From Dehalococcoidia bacterium LH_S1 (GTDB lineage: Bacteria > Chloroflexota > Dehalococcoidia > SZUA-161 > SpSt-899), in NCBI GenBank assembly GCA_023660035.1, contig JAGXOF010000001.1:1-43133 (forward strand): a DNA stretch of 43,133 nucleotides, read 5' to 3'. Positions within the stretch are counted from its first letter, which is position 1, and each line of letters opens with the position of its first letter. Position numbers and translations under genes: made by a program. This document shows, piece after piece, positions 25,117-34,907 of this stretch. Under the pieces are notes generated by a model. That model was not told the origin of the DNA and did no database searches. It worked only from the letters and a program-made list of their open reading frames with translations.

Positions 25117-25760
25117 ATGACTTACAACAGGACCGGCGTAGCATATCTTCCCCTGCACGGGGGCAAAGCTCCACGGTGGCTTTTCGAGCGAATGAGGAAA
25201 CTCGCGCGTGAGGTGAGCATAGTCATCGTGGAAGAATATGGCCCTGATGAGATGTTGCGCAAGATGCCCGATCCCTTCTGGTTTCAGGCCTTCGGCTGTG
25301 CTCTGGGATTTGATTGGAATTCGAGCGGATTAACTACTACGGTGTGCGGCGCGCTGAAAGAGGGCGTTCGCGATATCCAGCGGCAACTGGGTATATTTGT
25401 TGCAGGTGGGAAGGGCAATACTTCAAGGCAAACGCCAAAAGAGATACAATCTTTTGCGCATCTGGTCAGAGATGGGGCTTCTTCTCTGGAGTACGATAGC
25501 AGGATGGTGGGTTAGGCCCCAAGACCATCCGTGCCCTATCGTTGCTTTCCGAGCTTATCCACGGAGTTCCGCCCAGCTTTATCGACCCTGCCAGGTTCAG
25601 TTTTGCGCACGGAGGTAAGGATGGGTATCCGTACCCTGTTGACCGCCAGACGTATGATAAAAGCATTGAGCTTTTGAGGAAGGCGGTGTCGCGGGCAAGA
25701 ATTGAAGGGACCGAGAAGAGCAAGGCTATTCATCGCCTTGACGATCGATACCTGCGTTAA
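25117..25760 (+). pseudogene. DUF763-family gene with a large internal deletion and frame change
   Basis: The N-terminal ORF (GKAPRWLFERM...PDPFWFQAFGCALGFDWNSSGLTT...GGKGNTSRQTPKEI) stops at 25515. The conserved C-terminal part (GPKTIRALSLLSELIHGVPPSFIDPARFSFAHGGKDGYPYPVD) resumes at about 25515 in another frame. Confidence 0.6.
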
Positions 25761-25827
25761 CTATAATAGTTGTTGTAGGGAGTTGTGCGATGCTTCCTGG
25801 TGAAAAGCTAGGAGTCTCCAACCTTAT

Positions 25828-25901
25828 GGTGAGTGTGGCCTAGCGGTTAAGGCGCCAGGTTGTGGCCCTGGAGATCAAGGGTTCAAATCCCTTCACTCAC
25901 C
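25828..25901 (+). tRNA. tRNA-His (anticodon GTG) with genomically encoded G-1; no encoded CCA
   Basis: Hand-folded cloverleaf: G-1, acceptor GTGAGTG/CACTCAC, D arm GCCT/AGGC, anticodon arm CCAGG-TTGTGGC-CCTGG, T arm AAGGG-TTCAAAT-CCCTT, discriminator C. Confidence 0.93.
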
Positions 25902-26504
25902 CGTTATTCCTTTATCTATTCCTCGCCTGTGTTGAGTGATGGTCCATATCCTGGTTTTCTTGATGAAGTCATTGACCTCCTCATCGGTGTGGAAATCTTC
26001 CTTGCCACAGTAATCATGGTGTACCATCTTCTTTCTATCCCTTAGGAATTTCTCTCCCTCAGCTACGGCAAGGCTCATATACAGGTAGGCGTTGGCCAGG
26101 CTGGATGTATATATCGTTTGCCTGCGTTCGGCGTCGTAGCGCATTGATGTAGGTAGACCTATCTGTGTTGGGGTGTCACCGAGAAGAAGGATAAAGACCG
26201 GCGCATTGCGAAAGTCCATCTCTAGGTCACGGGCGGGGTGACTCGGGACCTGTTGCCATTCTTCCCGGGCCTTCTCCGTTTTCATAATAAGCTTATGATA
26301 GTCATGAATCCACTGCAAAATGCTGTCTCTTAACGATTTATCTTTGATCATGACGAATTCCCATGGCTGTAAATTATAGCCGGAAGGAGCCCAGCGAGCC
26401 GCTTCGATAATCATATCCATGTATTCATCGGGAATGGGGTCTGACTTGAAGCGGCGTATGGTTCGCCTGTTCTTAACGAGGTCCAGAAGGTTGTTGTAGT
26501 CCAT
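25893..26504 (-). CDS. Nitroreductase-family protein (possibly internally deleted); its 3' end overlaps tRNA-His by 9 nt
   Basis: It has the N-terminal RRTIRRFKSDPIP and AARWAPSGYNLQPWEFVMI, and an AAGGGGGG ribosome-binding site upstream. The usual 'GLG..W...GYP' segment between the helix LANAYLYMSLA and the C-terminal 'MVHHD...' is not seen. Confidence 0.8.
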   Translation of the reverse strand: MDYNNLLDLVKNRRTIRRFKSDPIPDEYMDMIIEAARWAPSGYNLQPWEFVMIKDKSLRDSILQWIHDYHKLIMKTEKAREEWQQVPSHPARDLEMDFRNAPVFILLLGDTPTQIGLPTSMRYDAERRQTIYTSSLANAYLYMSLAVAEGEKFLRDRKKMVHHDYCGKEDFHTDEEVNDFIKKTRIWTITQHRRGIDKGITGE

Positions 26505-26536
26505 ATATTCCCCCCTTATCAGCAGGTCTTACCTGT

Positions 26537-26565
26537 AGTATAAATACTCATGCTTGAGAAATCAA
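26537..26565 (-). promoter_or_regulatory. Candidate promoter for the nitroreductase gene (TTGATT-17-TATACT)
   Basis: On the minus strand, TTGATT lies at 26565-26560 and TATACT at 26542-26537. Confidence 0.4.
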
Positions 26566-26694
26566 CGGATGGATTGTAGAGTAGCATTTCGCATGCCGCC
26601 TTTTCATGATGGCGTGGTGAATAGACCAGGGCGATGCGCCACAAGGGGGCTTCTGTCACTCAAACTCTTAAGGTTCCTTCCTCCGTTGGAACAA

Positions 26695-26720
26695 GGATTT
26701 CTCCCTTAGGTCGAAATGAC
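26695..26720. repeat. REP-like palindromic unit (GGATTTC...GAAATGAC), same family as 12105-12176
   Basis: The reverse complement is GTCATTTCGACCTAAGGGAGAAATCC. It shares the GTCAT/AATCC termini and has an internal ATTTC/GAAAT stem. Confidence 0.4.
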
Positions 26721-26799
26721 ACCGTACTATGCCTGGTAATTCTAACTGTCAATCGGGATACTTAGCCCGGTGTCTAGGCTCACTATGAGCCTATTACAA

Positions 26800-26828
26800 T
26801 TTACACAGGGAACTGGCTATGTTAGAAT
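26800..26828 (+). promoter_or_regulatory. Candidate rpsO promoter (TTTACA-17-TAGAAT), giving a roughly 140-nt leader
   Basis: Hexamers lie at 26800-26805 and 26823-26828. No other gene lies between this site and rpsO. Confidence 0.35.
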
Positions 26829-26973
26829 TATATCTTTGAAAGAGTTATAATTAAATAGGTGAATGTGTACTTATTTTGTTCATAGAGCAGTGTGGTATTC
26901 GCTTAAATTTAAGTAGGCTGAAGTGCTGTCGATTGCTCGGAAGAAAATATGTGAATAATTAACGAGGGTGAAA

Positions 26974-27240
26974 ATGTTAGAAAAGGAACAGAAACAGTCT
27001 ATCATGGAAAAAACCAGGGTTCACGAGAAGGATACGGGTTCCCCGGAGGTTCAAATCGGTATCCTCACCGAGAGGATAAGCGAATTGACGAATCACATGA
27101 GGCAACACAAGCATGATCATCATTCACAGCGGGGACTCATGAACCTCGTGGAGCGAAGGCGCCGCCTGATGAGGTACCTGAGAAGGTATAATCCGGAGAA
27201 TTACAGGGAACTGGTAAATAAGCTCAAACTGCGTGGGTAA
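26974..27240 (+). CDS. rpsO: 30S ribosomal protein S15
   Basis: 88 aa from the ATG at 26974 (GAGGG ribosome-binding site 5 nt upstream). It has DTGSPEVQIGILTERI and HKHDHHSQRGL. The classic rpsO-pnp pair is present. Confidence 0.95.
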   Translation: MLEKEQKQSIMEKTRVHEKDTGSPEVQIGILTERISELTNHMRQHKHDHHSQRGLMNLVERRRRLMRYLRRYNPENYRELVNKLKLRG

Positions 27241-27291
27241 TATACGGTATTCGCAGAAAAATAGTTTTAGGATTGAAAGAAGGTTTTGTAT

Positions 27292-29502
27292 ATGTTGGAT
27301 ATAGATAATATTTTGGAAACAGAGGTCGGTGGACGGCAGCTTGTTATTGAGGGAGGGAAGCTTGCAGGGCAAGCGGCTGGGGCGGTTACTGTCCATTATG
27401 GCGACACGGTAATTCTGGTCACTGCTTGTGTGAGTGATAAGCCTAGAGAGGGAGCGGATTTCCTGCCGCTTACAGTGGATTTTGAGGAGAGGTTGTATGC
27501 GGCGGGTAAGATACCCGGTAGCTTCTTCCGCAGAGAGGGAAGGCCTACTCAAGATGCAACGATCGCGGCACGGCTTATCGATAGACCTATACGTCCTTTG
27601 TTCCCCAAGGGTTTCCATAATGAACTACAGGTCATAGTGACGGTGCTCTCGGCTGATCAAGAGAATGACCCTGGTGTGTTGGCCATAGCTGGGGCATCAG
27701 CGGCGCTAGGGATTTCGCAAATCCCCTTTGCGGGGCCCCTTAGCGCGGTTCGGGTAGGATATGTGGATGGTGAGTTTGTGGCCAATCCTACCTTCTCTCA
27801 ACTCGAAAACAGTGAGCTTGACCTGGTAGTCGCAGGGACGGAAGATGCGGTTATCATGGTTGAAGCCGGCGCTCAGGAAGTAAGTGAAAAGACCGCGCTC
27901 GAAGCTATCAAATTCGGGCAGGCGATTAATGAGAGGATCTGCAAAGATCAGGAGTCATTCATCAGTGCAAATGGGAAACCCAAGATGGAATTTGAGCCTT
28001 CCCCTCCTAATGAAAAGCTCCAGGCGGAGACTGATACTGTTTTGAGAGAGGTTTTCTCGGATGGGGTTGTTGGAATAAGCCGGGATGAACGTCACAGGAA
28101 AACGGACCTTGCCAAGATTAAATTGCTGGAGCAACAGGATGATGGGCGAACCGAACAGGAAGTTGATGAGATAGTGGATGGGTGGATGAAAAGCACCCTC
28201 AGACAGGCTGTCCTGGAACAGGGGACTCGCATCAGTGGCCGTGGCTTAACGGAGATTCGCCCGATTGAATGTGAGGTAGGAACGCTTCTGCGAACTCATG
28301 GGTCTGGGCTCTTTACCCGTGGTGAAACGCAGGTTCTCACGGTAACCACACTTGGTTCTCCCAGAGAGGAACAGAGCCTTGATAGTCTGAGTCCGGAGGT
28401 GACAAAGCGTTATATGCACCATTATAATTTTCCTCCCTTCAGTACTGGGGAAGTGAAGAGGATAGGGACGGGACGCAGGGAGATTGGCCACGGAGCTCTG
28501 GCAGAGCGGGCACTGCTTCCTGTTATTCCCGATAAGGAAGTATTCCCTTATGCCATTCGGCTTGTCTCTGAGGTTTTGAGCTCTAACGGTAGTACTTCCA
28601 TGGCTTCGGTGTGTGGCAGTACCCTTTCCCTGATGGATGCAGGTGTACCCATTAAAGCTCCTGTGGCGGGAATCGCTATGGGCCTTATTACCGGCGAGGA
28701 TGGCAAACATGCTGTGCTTACCGACATAGAAGGCATGGAGGATTTCTTTGGGGACATGGACTTCAAGGTGGCCGGTACCGTTGAGGGGATTACCGCATTG
28801 CAGATGGATTTGAAACTGAAGGGCATAGCATATGATATTGTTGAGACCGGGCTCAAGCAGGCGCGGGATGCCCGGCTTTTCGTTCTCCAGAGAATGGGTG
28901 AAACGATAAGTGCCAGCAGACCTCATCTCAGCCGATATGCCCCCAAGATGACAAGGTTAACCATTCCTCAGGAGAAGGTTCGTGATGTGATTGGCCCTGG
29001 TGGCAGGGTCGTGAAGTCTATTATTCAGGATAGCGGTGCCAATATTGATGTCGATTCTGCCGGGACCGTTACGATCGGTGCTCCTGATGAGGAATCTTGC
29101 CAGAAAGCGGTGAGTATCGTAGAAGGCCTGACCAAGGACCCGCAAGTTGGAGAGATTTATACGGGTAAGGTAAACTCTATTACCAGTTTTGGTGCATTTG
29201 TTGAGATACTCCCTGGTAGAGATGGACTTGTGCACATCAGCGAACTGGAACACTATCATGTGCGGAGTGTCGAGGATGTTCTTTCTTTGCGGGATGAGGT
29301 TACCGTTAAGGTGATTGGATTTGATCCTCAGGGGAAGATAAAGCTTTCCAGAAAGGCCTTGTTCGACAAGCCGGAGGGCACAGCCGGCGAAGAGGGTGAT
29401 AGCGGAGGGCACTCCTCCGGTAAATTCAAGGGTGGTAAAAGACCAGCCCGCTCAGCTGACTCCTCCAGGAAGTCTTCGGAGGGCAAGCGAAGGTTTTCCT
29501 GA
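27292..29502 (+). CDS. pnp: Polyribonucleotide nucleotidyltransferase (PNPase)
   Basis: It has two RNase PH domains and KH and S1 domains ([20 protein letters not shown]), with a basic C-terminal tail. The start is either the ATG at 27292 or the TTG at 27286. Confidence 0.95.
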   Translation: MLDIDNILETEVGGRQLVIEGGKLAGQAAGAVTVHYGDTVILVTACVSDKPREGADFLPLTVDFEERLYAAGKIPGSFFRREGRPTQDATIAARLIDRPIRPLFPKGFHNELQVIVTVLSADQENDPGVLAIAGASAALGISQIPFAGPLSAVRVGYVDGEFVANPTFSQLENSELDLVVAGTEDAVIMVEAGAQEVSEKTALEAIKFGQAINERICKDQESFISANGKPKMEFEPSPPNEKLQAETDTVLREVFSDGVVGISRDERHRKTDLAKIKLLEQQDDGRTEQEVDEIVDGWMKSTLRQAVLEQGTRISGRGLTEIRPIECEVGTLLRTHGSGLFTRGETQVLTVTTLGSPREEQSLDSLSPEVTKRYMHHYNFPPFSTGEVKRIGTGRREIGHGALAERALLPVIPDKEVFPYAIRLVSEVLSSNGSTSMASVCGSTLSLMDAGVPIKAPVAGIAMGLITGEDGKHAVLTDIEGMEDFFGDMDFKVAGTVEGITALQMDLKLKGIAYDIVETGLKQARDARLFVLQRMGETISASRPHLSRYAPKMTRLTIPQEKVRDVIGPGGRVVKSIIQDSGANIDVDSAGTVTIGAPDEESCQKAVSIVEGLTKDPQVGEIYTGKVNSITSFGAFVEILPGRDGLVHISELEHYHVRSVEDVLSLRDEVTVKVIGFDPQGKIKLSRKALFDKPEGTAGEEGDSGGHSSGKFKGGKRPARSADSSRKSSEGKRRFS

Positions 29503-29549
29503 TACAGTTCATTAAATCATTATCTGAACTGGCATTCTCTGTCCGCCTT

Positions 29550-29602
29550 GTGAGGTAGTGATCTTTATTTTCCTGACATACAGATTGCTTCCTCACGGTT
29601 TT
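29550..29602 (+). terminator. Possible pnp terminator (long imperfect hairpin plus T-run)
   Basis: GTGAGG...CCTCAC with an inner GTGATCT/AGATTGC pairing (includes G-U), followed by GGTTTT. Confidence 0.3.
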
Positions 29603-29703
29603 AAATGGATTCGCTTATGTGTTGTAGAGAGAAGCTATTTGGGAGTATTGTTTTGGTGAATGGCGGATGAAGGGTTTGCCAGCATGAAAGAAAGGTCTTG
29701 TAG

Positions 29704-30495
29704 ATGATAAAGGTCGTTGTTCATGGTGCTCTGGGGAGGATGGGGCAAGCGGTCGTAAATGCCGTTTGTGGCGCCCCCGAACTGCAACTCGCGGGAGCGG
29801 TTGATATAAAAGCTGATCGGGATACGCTTCAAGTGCCGGATGGTGCGGGCGAGATCCCCCTTTTTGCGAATATTGGAACATTTCTTGAGAATTTCACCCC
29901 TGATGTGATGGTGGATTTTACACAGCATGATGTGGTCATGCCCGCGATACGTACTGCAACTGAAAATAAGGTGAATGTAGTCATAGGTACCACTGGCATG
30001 TCCGATGATGATTTTGATGAAATAGACAGGCTGTCACGTCAGCACGATGTCGGCGCCGTTGTGGCTCCCAATTTCTCACTGGGAGCTGTCCTGATGATGT
30101 ACCTATCCCGTATAGCTGCGAGGTTTTTTGACTATGCCGAGATAGTGGAGATGCACCATGAGAAGAAGCTGGATTCTCCTTCGGGAACCGCAGTGACAAC
30201 CGCAAAAGAGATGGCCAGGGCCAGGGAAGCTGACTTCATTCACCCCGAGTCACAAAAGGAAAACTTGCCTGGAGGACGAGGGGCTGATCTCAGCGGTATC
30301 GCCATACACAGCGTGCGCTCGCCGGGGTTCGTAGCCAGCCAGGAAGTGATTCTGGGAACGCTTGGCCAGACTCTTCGTATTCGCCATGATCAGATCAATA
30401 GAGAAGGTTATGGCCCTGGAATTGTATTGGCTGTAAAAGAAGTAGTGAAATTGAAGGGTTTGGTTGTTGGTCTGGACAAGCTTATGGGATTGTGA
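29704..30495 (+). CDS. dapB: 4-hydroxy-tetrahydrodipicolinate reductase
   Basis: 263 aa with the N-terminal KVVVHGALGRMG, plus EMHHEKKLDSPSGTA. Confidence 0.93.
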   Translation: MIKVVVHGALGRMGQAVVNAVCGAPELQLAGAVDIKADRDTLQVPDGAGEIPLFANIGTFLENFTPDVMVDFTQHDVVMPAIRTATENKVNVVIGTTGMSDDDFDEIDRLSRQHDVGAVVAPNFSLGAVLMMYLSRIAARFFDYAEIVEMHHEKKLDSPSGTAVTTAKEMARAREADFIHPESQKENLPGGRGADLSGIAIHSVRSPGFVASQEVILGTLGQTLRIRHDQINREGYGPGIVLAVKEVVKLKGLVVGLDKLMGL

Positions 30496-30564
30496 TAAGG
30501 TATTCCGTGCTTGAATCCGCTTCGGATGAGCTCTGGGCGGAAGATATTGCGTTCTGGGGGTAAC

Positions 30565-31578
30565 ATGCATGATGTAAGAGTAGCTATTCTTGGTGCCACG
30601 GGACTTGTGGGACAGGAATTCGTAAAGATACTCAAGGAACGTAATTTCCCTATGTCCTCTCTTCGTCTCCTTGCATCCGGTGCTTCGGCTGGGAAGAGAA
30701 TCCTCGTGGGGAACGATGAGGGGGAGGTTGAGGAGACAACCAGCGAGTCCTTTGGCGGTATCGATTTAGCACTTTTTTCCGCCGGGGCCGGGGCAAGCCG
30801 TACCTTCGCTCCTGAGGCAGTAAAAGCGGGGGCGGTGGTTGTGGATAACAGCTCTGCCTTCAGGATGGAGGAGGATGTCCCACTCGTGGTGCCAGAGATA
30901 AATCCTGAGGATGCGGATCACCATCATGGTATCATCGCTAATCCTAACTGTTCTACAATCCAGATGGTAGTGGCACTTTATCCTTTGCATAGAGTCAATC
31001 TCATTAAGCGAATAGTTGTGGATACTTATCAGGCTGTCTCAGGCAGCGGGAAAGAGGCGATGGAGGAGTTGGCCAATCAGGCCTCGGCGTTGATGGAAGG
31101 GAAAATGGTAACACCGCACGTTTATCCTCATCAGATCGCTTTTAATGTTTTGCCGCAGGTTGATGTGTTTCTGGACAACGGGTATTCTAAAGAGGAGTGG
31201 AAACTGGTGCAGGAAACGCGGAAAATCATGCATGCTGATGGTCTCAAGATCTCCGCGACGTGTGCACGAGTTCCTGTACACGTGGGTCATAGCGAGGCTG
31301 CACATGTGGAGTTTACCAAACCCATGGATCCTGGTGAGGCGCGCGGAATACTGGAGAATTCGCGGGGGATTGTGGTGTTTGATGATTTAGATATTAACCT
31401 CTACCCGCTGGCGCAATCCGCTGAGGGAAGGGATGAGGTCTTCGTTGGGCGCATACGCAGTGATGCTTCCCATCCTAACGGATTGGTAATGTGGATCGTA
31501 TCCGACAATCTGCGCAAGGGAGCTGCCCTTAATGCTGTCCAGATCGCGGAGGAGTTGACGAAAAGGAATTTAATATAG
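30565..31578 (+). CDS. asd: Aspartate-semialdehyde dehydrogenase
   Basis: It has VAILGATGLVGQEF, the active-site NPNCSTI, and a GGGGG ribosome-binding site 5 nt before the ATG at 30565. The longest ORF starts at 30511. Confidence 0.93.
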   Translation: MHDVRVAILGATGLVGQEFVKILKERNFPMSSLRLLASGASAGKRILVGNDEGEVEETTSESFGGIDLALFSAGAGASRTFAPEAVKAGAVVVDNSSAFRMEEDVPLVVPEINPEDADHHHGIIANPNCSTIQMVVALYPLHRVNLIKRIVVDTYQAVSGSGKEAMEELANQASALMEGKMVTPHVYPHQIAFNVLPQVDVFLDNGYSKEEWKLVQETRKIMHADGLKISATCARVPVHVGHSEAAHVEFTKPMDPGEARGILENSRGIVVFDDLDINLYPLAQSAEGRDEVFVGRIRSDASHPNGLVMWIVSDNLRKGAALNAVQIAEELTKRNLI

Positions 31579-31601
31579 TATACAAATGGAAGGGAGTTTA
31601 C

Positions 31602-32492
31602 ATGGCAAAGCTTGGTCGCCTTCTCACAGCTATGGTCACGCCGTTTGATGAAGACGGTAAGGTGAATTACGAACAGGCCAAGAAGCTGGCATTGGCTCTG
31701 CTGGACTCGGGAAGCGATGGTGTAGTGGTTGTGGGGACTACCGGGGAGTCACCTACCCTTATTCGTGATGAGGAGAAGCATTTGTTTGCTGAGGTGAAAT
31801 CCGCGGTAGGTGAGCGAGGTGTCGTGGTGGCTGGGACGGGCAGTAACAGCACTACGGAGGCTTTGGAGGCAACCAAGCAAGCAGAGAAAATCGGAGTTGA
31901 TGCATGCCTGCTTGTGGTGCCATATTATAATAAGCCGACTCAGGAAGGTTTATATGAGCACTTCAAAACCGTAGCCGAGAGCACCCGTTTGCCTTGTATA
32001 CTGTACAACGTGCCGGGCCGCACGGTCGCCGGGCTGTCGGCGGACACCGCTATCAGGCTCTCTCGTATAGATAATATTGTGGGGATAAAGGAAGCTAGCA
32101 GCAATTTCAATCAGATAGCCAGGATCATAAGTGGTGCTGACGAGGACTTTTTGGTTTACAGTGGCAACGACCATGACACGCTGCCCGTACTGTCTGTGGG
32201 TGGTTATGGAGTTATAAGTGTGGCTTCACATTTGGTTGGGCTGCAGATAAAAGGGATGATAAATAGTGTCGCTGAAGGGCGGATAGAAGAAGCTGGAAGG
32301 ATCCATCGCGGGCTTCTTCCTTTATTTGATGTCCTCTTTGCCGGTGCCAATCCGATGCCGGTCAAATATGCGCTTGATCAGGTGGGATTTCAGGTGGGTA
32401 AACCTCGTCTTCCTCTTACTATGCCCGATGAGAAAACAATGGTCCTGATACGGGATACCCTGAAGGAGTACAAGCTGGATCTCCCGGTATAA
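31602..32492 (+). CDS. dapA: 4-hydroxy-tetrahydrodipicolinate synthase
   Basis: 296 aa with TAMVTPF, GTTGESPTL, YNVPGRT and IVGIKEAS (Schiff-base Lys). Confidence 0.95.
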   Translation: MAKLGRLLTAMVTPFDEDGKVNYEQAKKLALALLDSGSDGVVVVGTTGESPTLIRDEEKHLFAEVKSAVGERGVVVAGTGSNSTTEALEATKQAEKIGVDACLLVVPYYNKPTQEGLYEHFKTVAESTRLPCILYNVPGRTVAGLSADTAIRLSRIDNIVGIKEASSNFNQIARIISGADEDFLVYSGNDHDTLPVLSVGGYGVISVASHLVGLQIKGMINSVAEGRIEEAGRIHRGLLPLFDVLFAGANPMPVKYALDQVGFQVGKPRLPLTMPDEKTMVLIRDTLKEYKLDLPV

Positions 32493-32548
32493 AGCGGGCT
32501 TGAAGTGCTTTCTGGATATCAATACTATCTGTCTCCATCTTGAAGACA

Positions 32549-33106
32549 ATGAGAGTAATTGCCGGAGAGTCTAAAGGGCATCCCTTAAAGTGGCCGAAGA
32601 CACCACATATTCGTCCGACCAGTGAGATAGTCCGCGAGGCGATTTTTTCCAGTTTGGGCTCCCTCGTTGTTGATTGGTCTCGGATATTGGATCTGTATGC
32701 CGGGACGGGGGCACTCGGTATTGAGGCTTTAAGCCGGGGTGGAGGAGAGGTAGACTTTGTGGAGAAGGATCGTAGATGCTGCGCGTTTATCAAATCTAAT
32801 TTAAGGGCTACGGGGCTTCTGCAGAGAGCTCAGGTTTATTGTGTGGATGCTGGACGGGCTATTGATGTTCTCGAGGGCTTGTACGGTCTTATTTTACTGG
32901 ACCCGCCATATGAGGACCCTTATCGAGATAGGATGATGAGAGAGCTTGTGAATTCGCATTTGGTGAGTGAGGAGAGTACGGTTGTGATAGAGCATCCCTC
33001 CAAGTGTACTCCAGAGGGAGAATATGGGAATTTTCAGATTGTTAGGACTATTCGGCATGGCGACACACGTGTTTCAATATTCCAGTTTACAAGGAGGGAG
33101 AATTGA
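32549..33106 (+). CDS. rsmD: 16S rRNA (guanine966-N2)-methyltransferase RsmD
   Basis: It has MRVIAGESKG, DLYAGTGALGIEALSRG and the DPPY motif. The longest ORF starts at a TTG at 32540. Confidence 0.85.
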   Translation: MRVIAGESKGHPLKWPKTPHIRPTSEIVREAIFSSLGSLVVDWSRILDLYAGTGALGIEALSRGGGEVDFVEKDRRCCAFIKSNLRATGLLQRAQVYCVDAGRAIDVLEGLYGLILLDPPYEDPYRDRMMRELVNSHLVSEESTVVIEHPSKCTPEGEYGNFQIVRTIRHGDTRVSIFQFTRREN

Positions 33107-33588
33107 CTATTGCTCTTTATCCTGGGAGTTTCGATCCAGTTACCTACGGGCACATTGATATAGTTTCGCGGGCTGTGGAGGTATTTGAGGAACTCGTTAT
33201 TGGCGTCTTCACCATTCCCCGGAAGAACCTTCTTTTTACGTCTGAGGAGAGGGTAGAGTTGATGAAGAAGGCGGTAGGGCATATATCCAATGTAAGAGTC
33301 GAAGCATATGCTGATCTAACTGTTAATTTTGCCAAGAGATGCAATGCTAAGGTAATTGTGCGTGGATTGCGGATGAGTGGTGACTTTGAGGGTGAGTTCG
33401 AGATGGCGTTGATGAATAAGAAAGTGGCCCCTGAGATAGAGGTAATGTGTATGATGACCAATGCACAGTACCAGTTTGTCAGCTCCAGCCTTCTAAAGGA
33501 AGTAGCTGAGCTTGGTGGATGCGTTGAGCATTTCGTGCCTAAGCACGTCGCTACCGCTCTCAGAGAGAAGCTCTATACTACACAGTGA
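33103..33588 (+). CDS. coaD: Pantetheine-phosphate adenylyltransferase
   Basis: 161 aa. The TTG start follows an AGGAGGGAG site. It has YPGSFDPVTYGHIDI and the usual rsmD-coaD linkage. Confidence 0.93.
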   Translation: MTIALYPGSFDPVTYGHIDIVSRAVEVFEELVIGVFTIPRKNLLFTSEERVELMKKAVGHISNVRVEAYADLTVNFAKRCNAKVIVRGLRMSGDFEGEFEMALMNKKVAPEIEVMCMMTNAQYQFVSSSLLKEVAELGGCVEHFVPKHVATALREKLYTTQ

Positions 33589-33598
33589 GGCTTGCGCT

Positions 33599-34513
33599 CT
33601 AAAGGAAATCTAGCCAGTGGTAGTATTGTTTGTCTCTGCCTCTAACTATATCGAAGAACTTTGATTGTATTCTGGTTGTTATCTCCCCGCGACCATTGTT
33701 GCCAATTGGCCTACCATCTACTTCCCTTATGGGAGTGATCTCCGCTGCTGTGCCGGTCATGAACGCCTCATCGGCCAGGAACAATTCTTCGCGAGTTAGC
33801 TCTCTGGTGGCAAAAGGAATGCCCATATCCCTTGCGATGCCTATTACTGAGTTCATAGTAATTCCGACCAGAGCCCCGGCGCTCGGTGGCGGGGTAAGCA
33901 GTGTGCCGTCCTTGACGATGAACAAGTTCTCTCCGCTTCCCTCGCACAACCAGCCGTTGGAGTTGAGCATTATCGCTTCGTCGAAGCCGGCATCCACTGC
34001 CTCTAGCTTGGCCAGCACTGAGTTGGCGTAGTTGGCGGACGCTTTGGCCAGCACTGGGAGCATTCGTGAATCCAAGCGCTGCCATGATGATATCTTGCAA
34101 CGAATGCCTTTTTCTATTCCCTTGTCACCAAGATAGGCTCCCCACTCCCAGGCAATGCACGAGACATAGACTGGATTGTTGCGAGGATTCACGCCCATCT
34201 CGTTGGCCCCATAAAAGGCAATCGGCCGTACATAGCATTCCTTGAACTCGTTTACGTTTACTACTTGCTTGACGGCTGCATATAGCTCATCAAGTGAGTA
34301 AGGGATTTTCATCTGATATATCTTGGCGCTGTTGAGCAATCTTTGCATATGCTCTCTTGTACGGAATAGTGCTGGTCCCGCCGATGTCTCGTAACATCTT
34401 ATGCTTTCGAACACCGCGGTTCCGTAATGGAGTGCATGAGTCAGAATATGCACTGTAGCTTGCTCCCACGGGATTAATTCGCCATTTAGCCATATTGTTT
34501 TTGCTTTATTCAT
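33599..34513 (-). CDS. ilvE: Branched-chain amino acid aminotransferase
   Basis: It has fold-type IV PLP motifs (HALHYGTAVFEGIR-like 'HALHYGTAVFESIR', EGSGENLF, TPIREVDGR). The start is set at the ATG at 34513; the longest ORF begins at a GTG at 34531. Confidence 0.9.
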   Translation of the reverse strand: MNKAKTIWLNGELIPWEQATVHILTHALHYGTAVFESIRCYETSAGPALFRTREHMQRLLNSAKIYQMKIPYSLDELYAAVKQVVNVNEFKECYVRPIAFYGANEMGVNPRNNPVYVSCIAWEWGAYLGDKGIEKGIRCKISSWQRLDSRMLPVLAKASANYANSVLAKLEAVDAGFDEAIMLNSNGWLCEGSGENLFIVKDGTLLTPPPSAGALVGITMNSVIGIARDMGIPFATRELTREELFLADEAFMTGTAAEITPIREVDGRPIGNNGRGEITTRIQSKFFDIVRGRDKQYYHWLDFL

Positions 34514-34907
34514 GTGGTCTCTTCCTTTCACCTGGTTTGATAGCTACCAAGGTAATTCTACAAGATCTCTGTGGATTTCGCAATTACCTGTTGTCTCTTG
34601 AGCCCTTGTCTGAAGCTGATACATTGATTATTATATGGTGTTAGTTTTCCTGGTTCAGGGATTGCTACTGGGTGGTAGCCCGCTGTTCTAGGATTGATGA
34701 AGGACAAACAACAATTCTCCAGCTTCTTCTCAGGAGCGAGACTGGGGTGGCAAGCAGGGCCATTTAGGTGCATGAGATCTGAATTGTAAGCGCAGGAGAT
34801 AGAGCACATGCAGCTTGGGCACCCCCTCGGAGTGAGTCGAGCCATGGTGTTGAAGATGAGGTAGAGCTCTATTCCAGGATTCCCCGAGGCATAAACGGAA
34901 ACAAAAC

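Noticed and set aside
28246-28926. A 226-aa minus-strand ORF inside pnp. Similar cases are 8298-8894 inside the Rad50-like gene, 23437-24111 inside the EF-G gene, and 21186-21737 inside oadB.
   Set aside because: All are antisense shadows of strongly supported genes, with no independent signals.
29503-29703. Possible lysine riboswitch (L-box) ahead of the dapB-asd-dapA operon
   Set aside because: I could not find the conserved L-box core elements. I saw only a long imperfect hairpin, which is better explained as the pnp terminator. A covariance-model scan (Rfam RF00168) would settle this.
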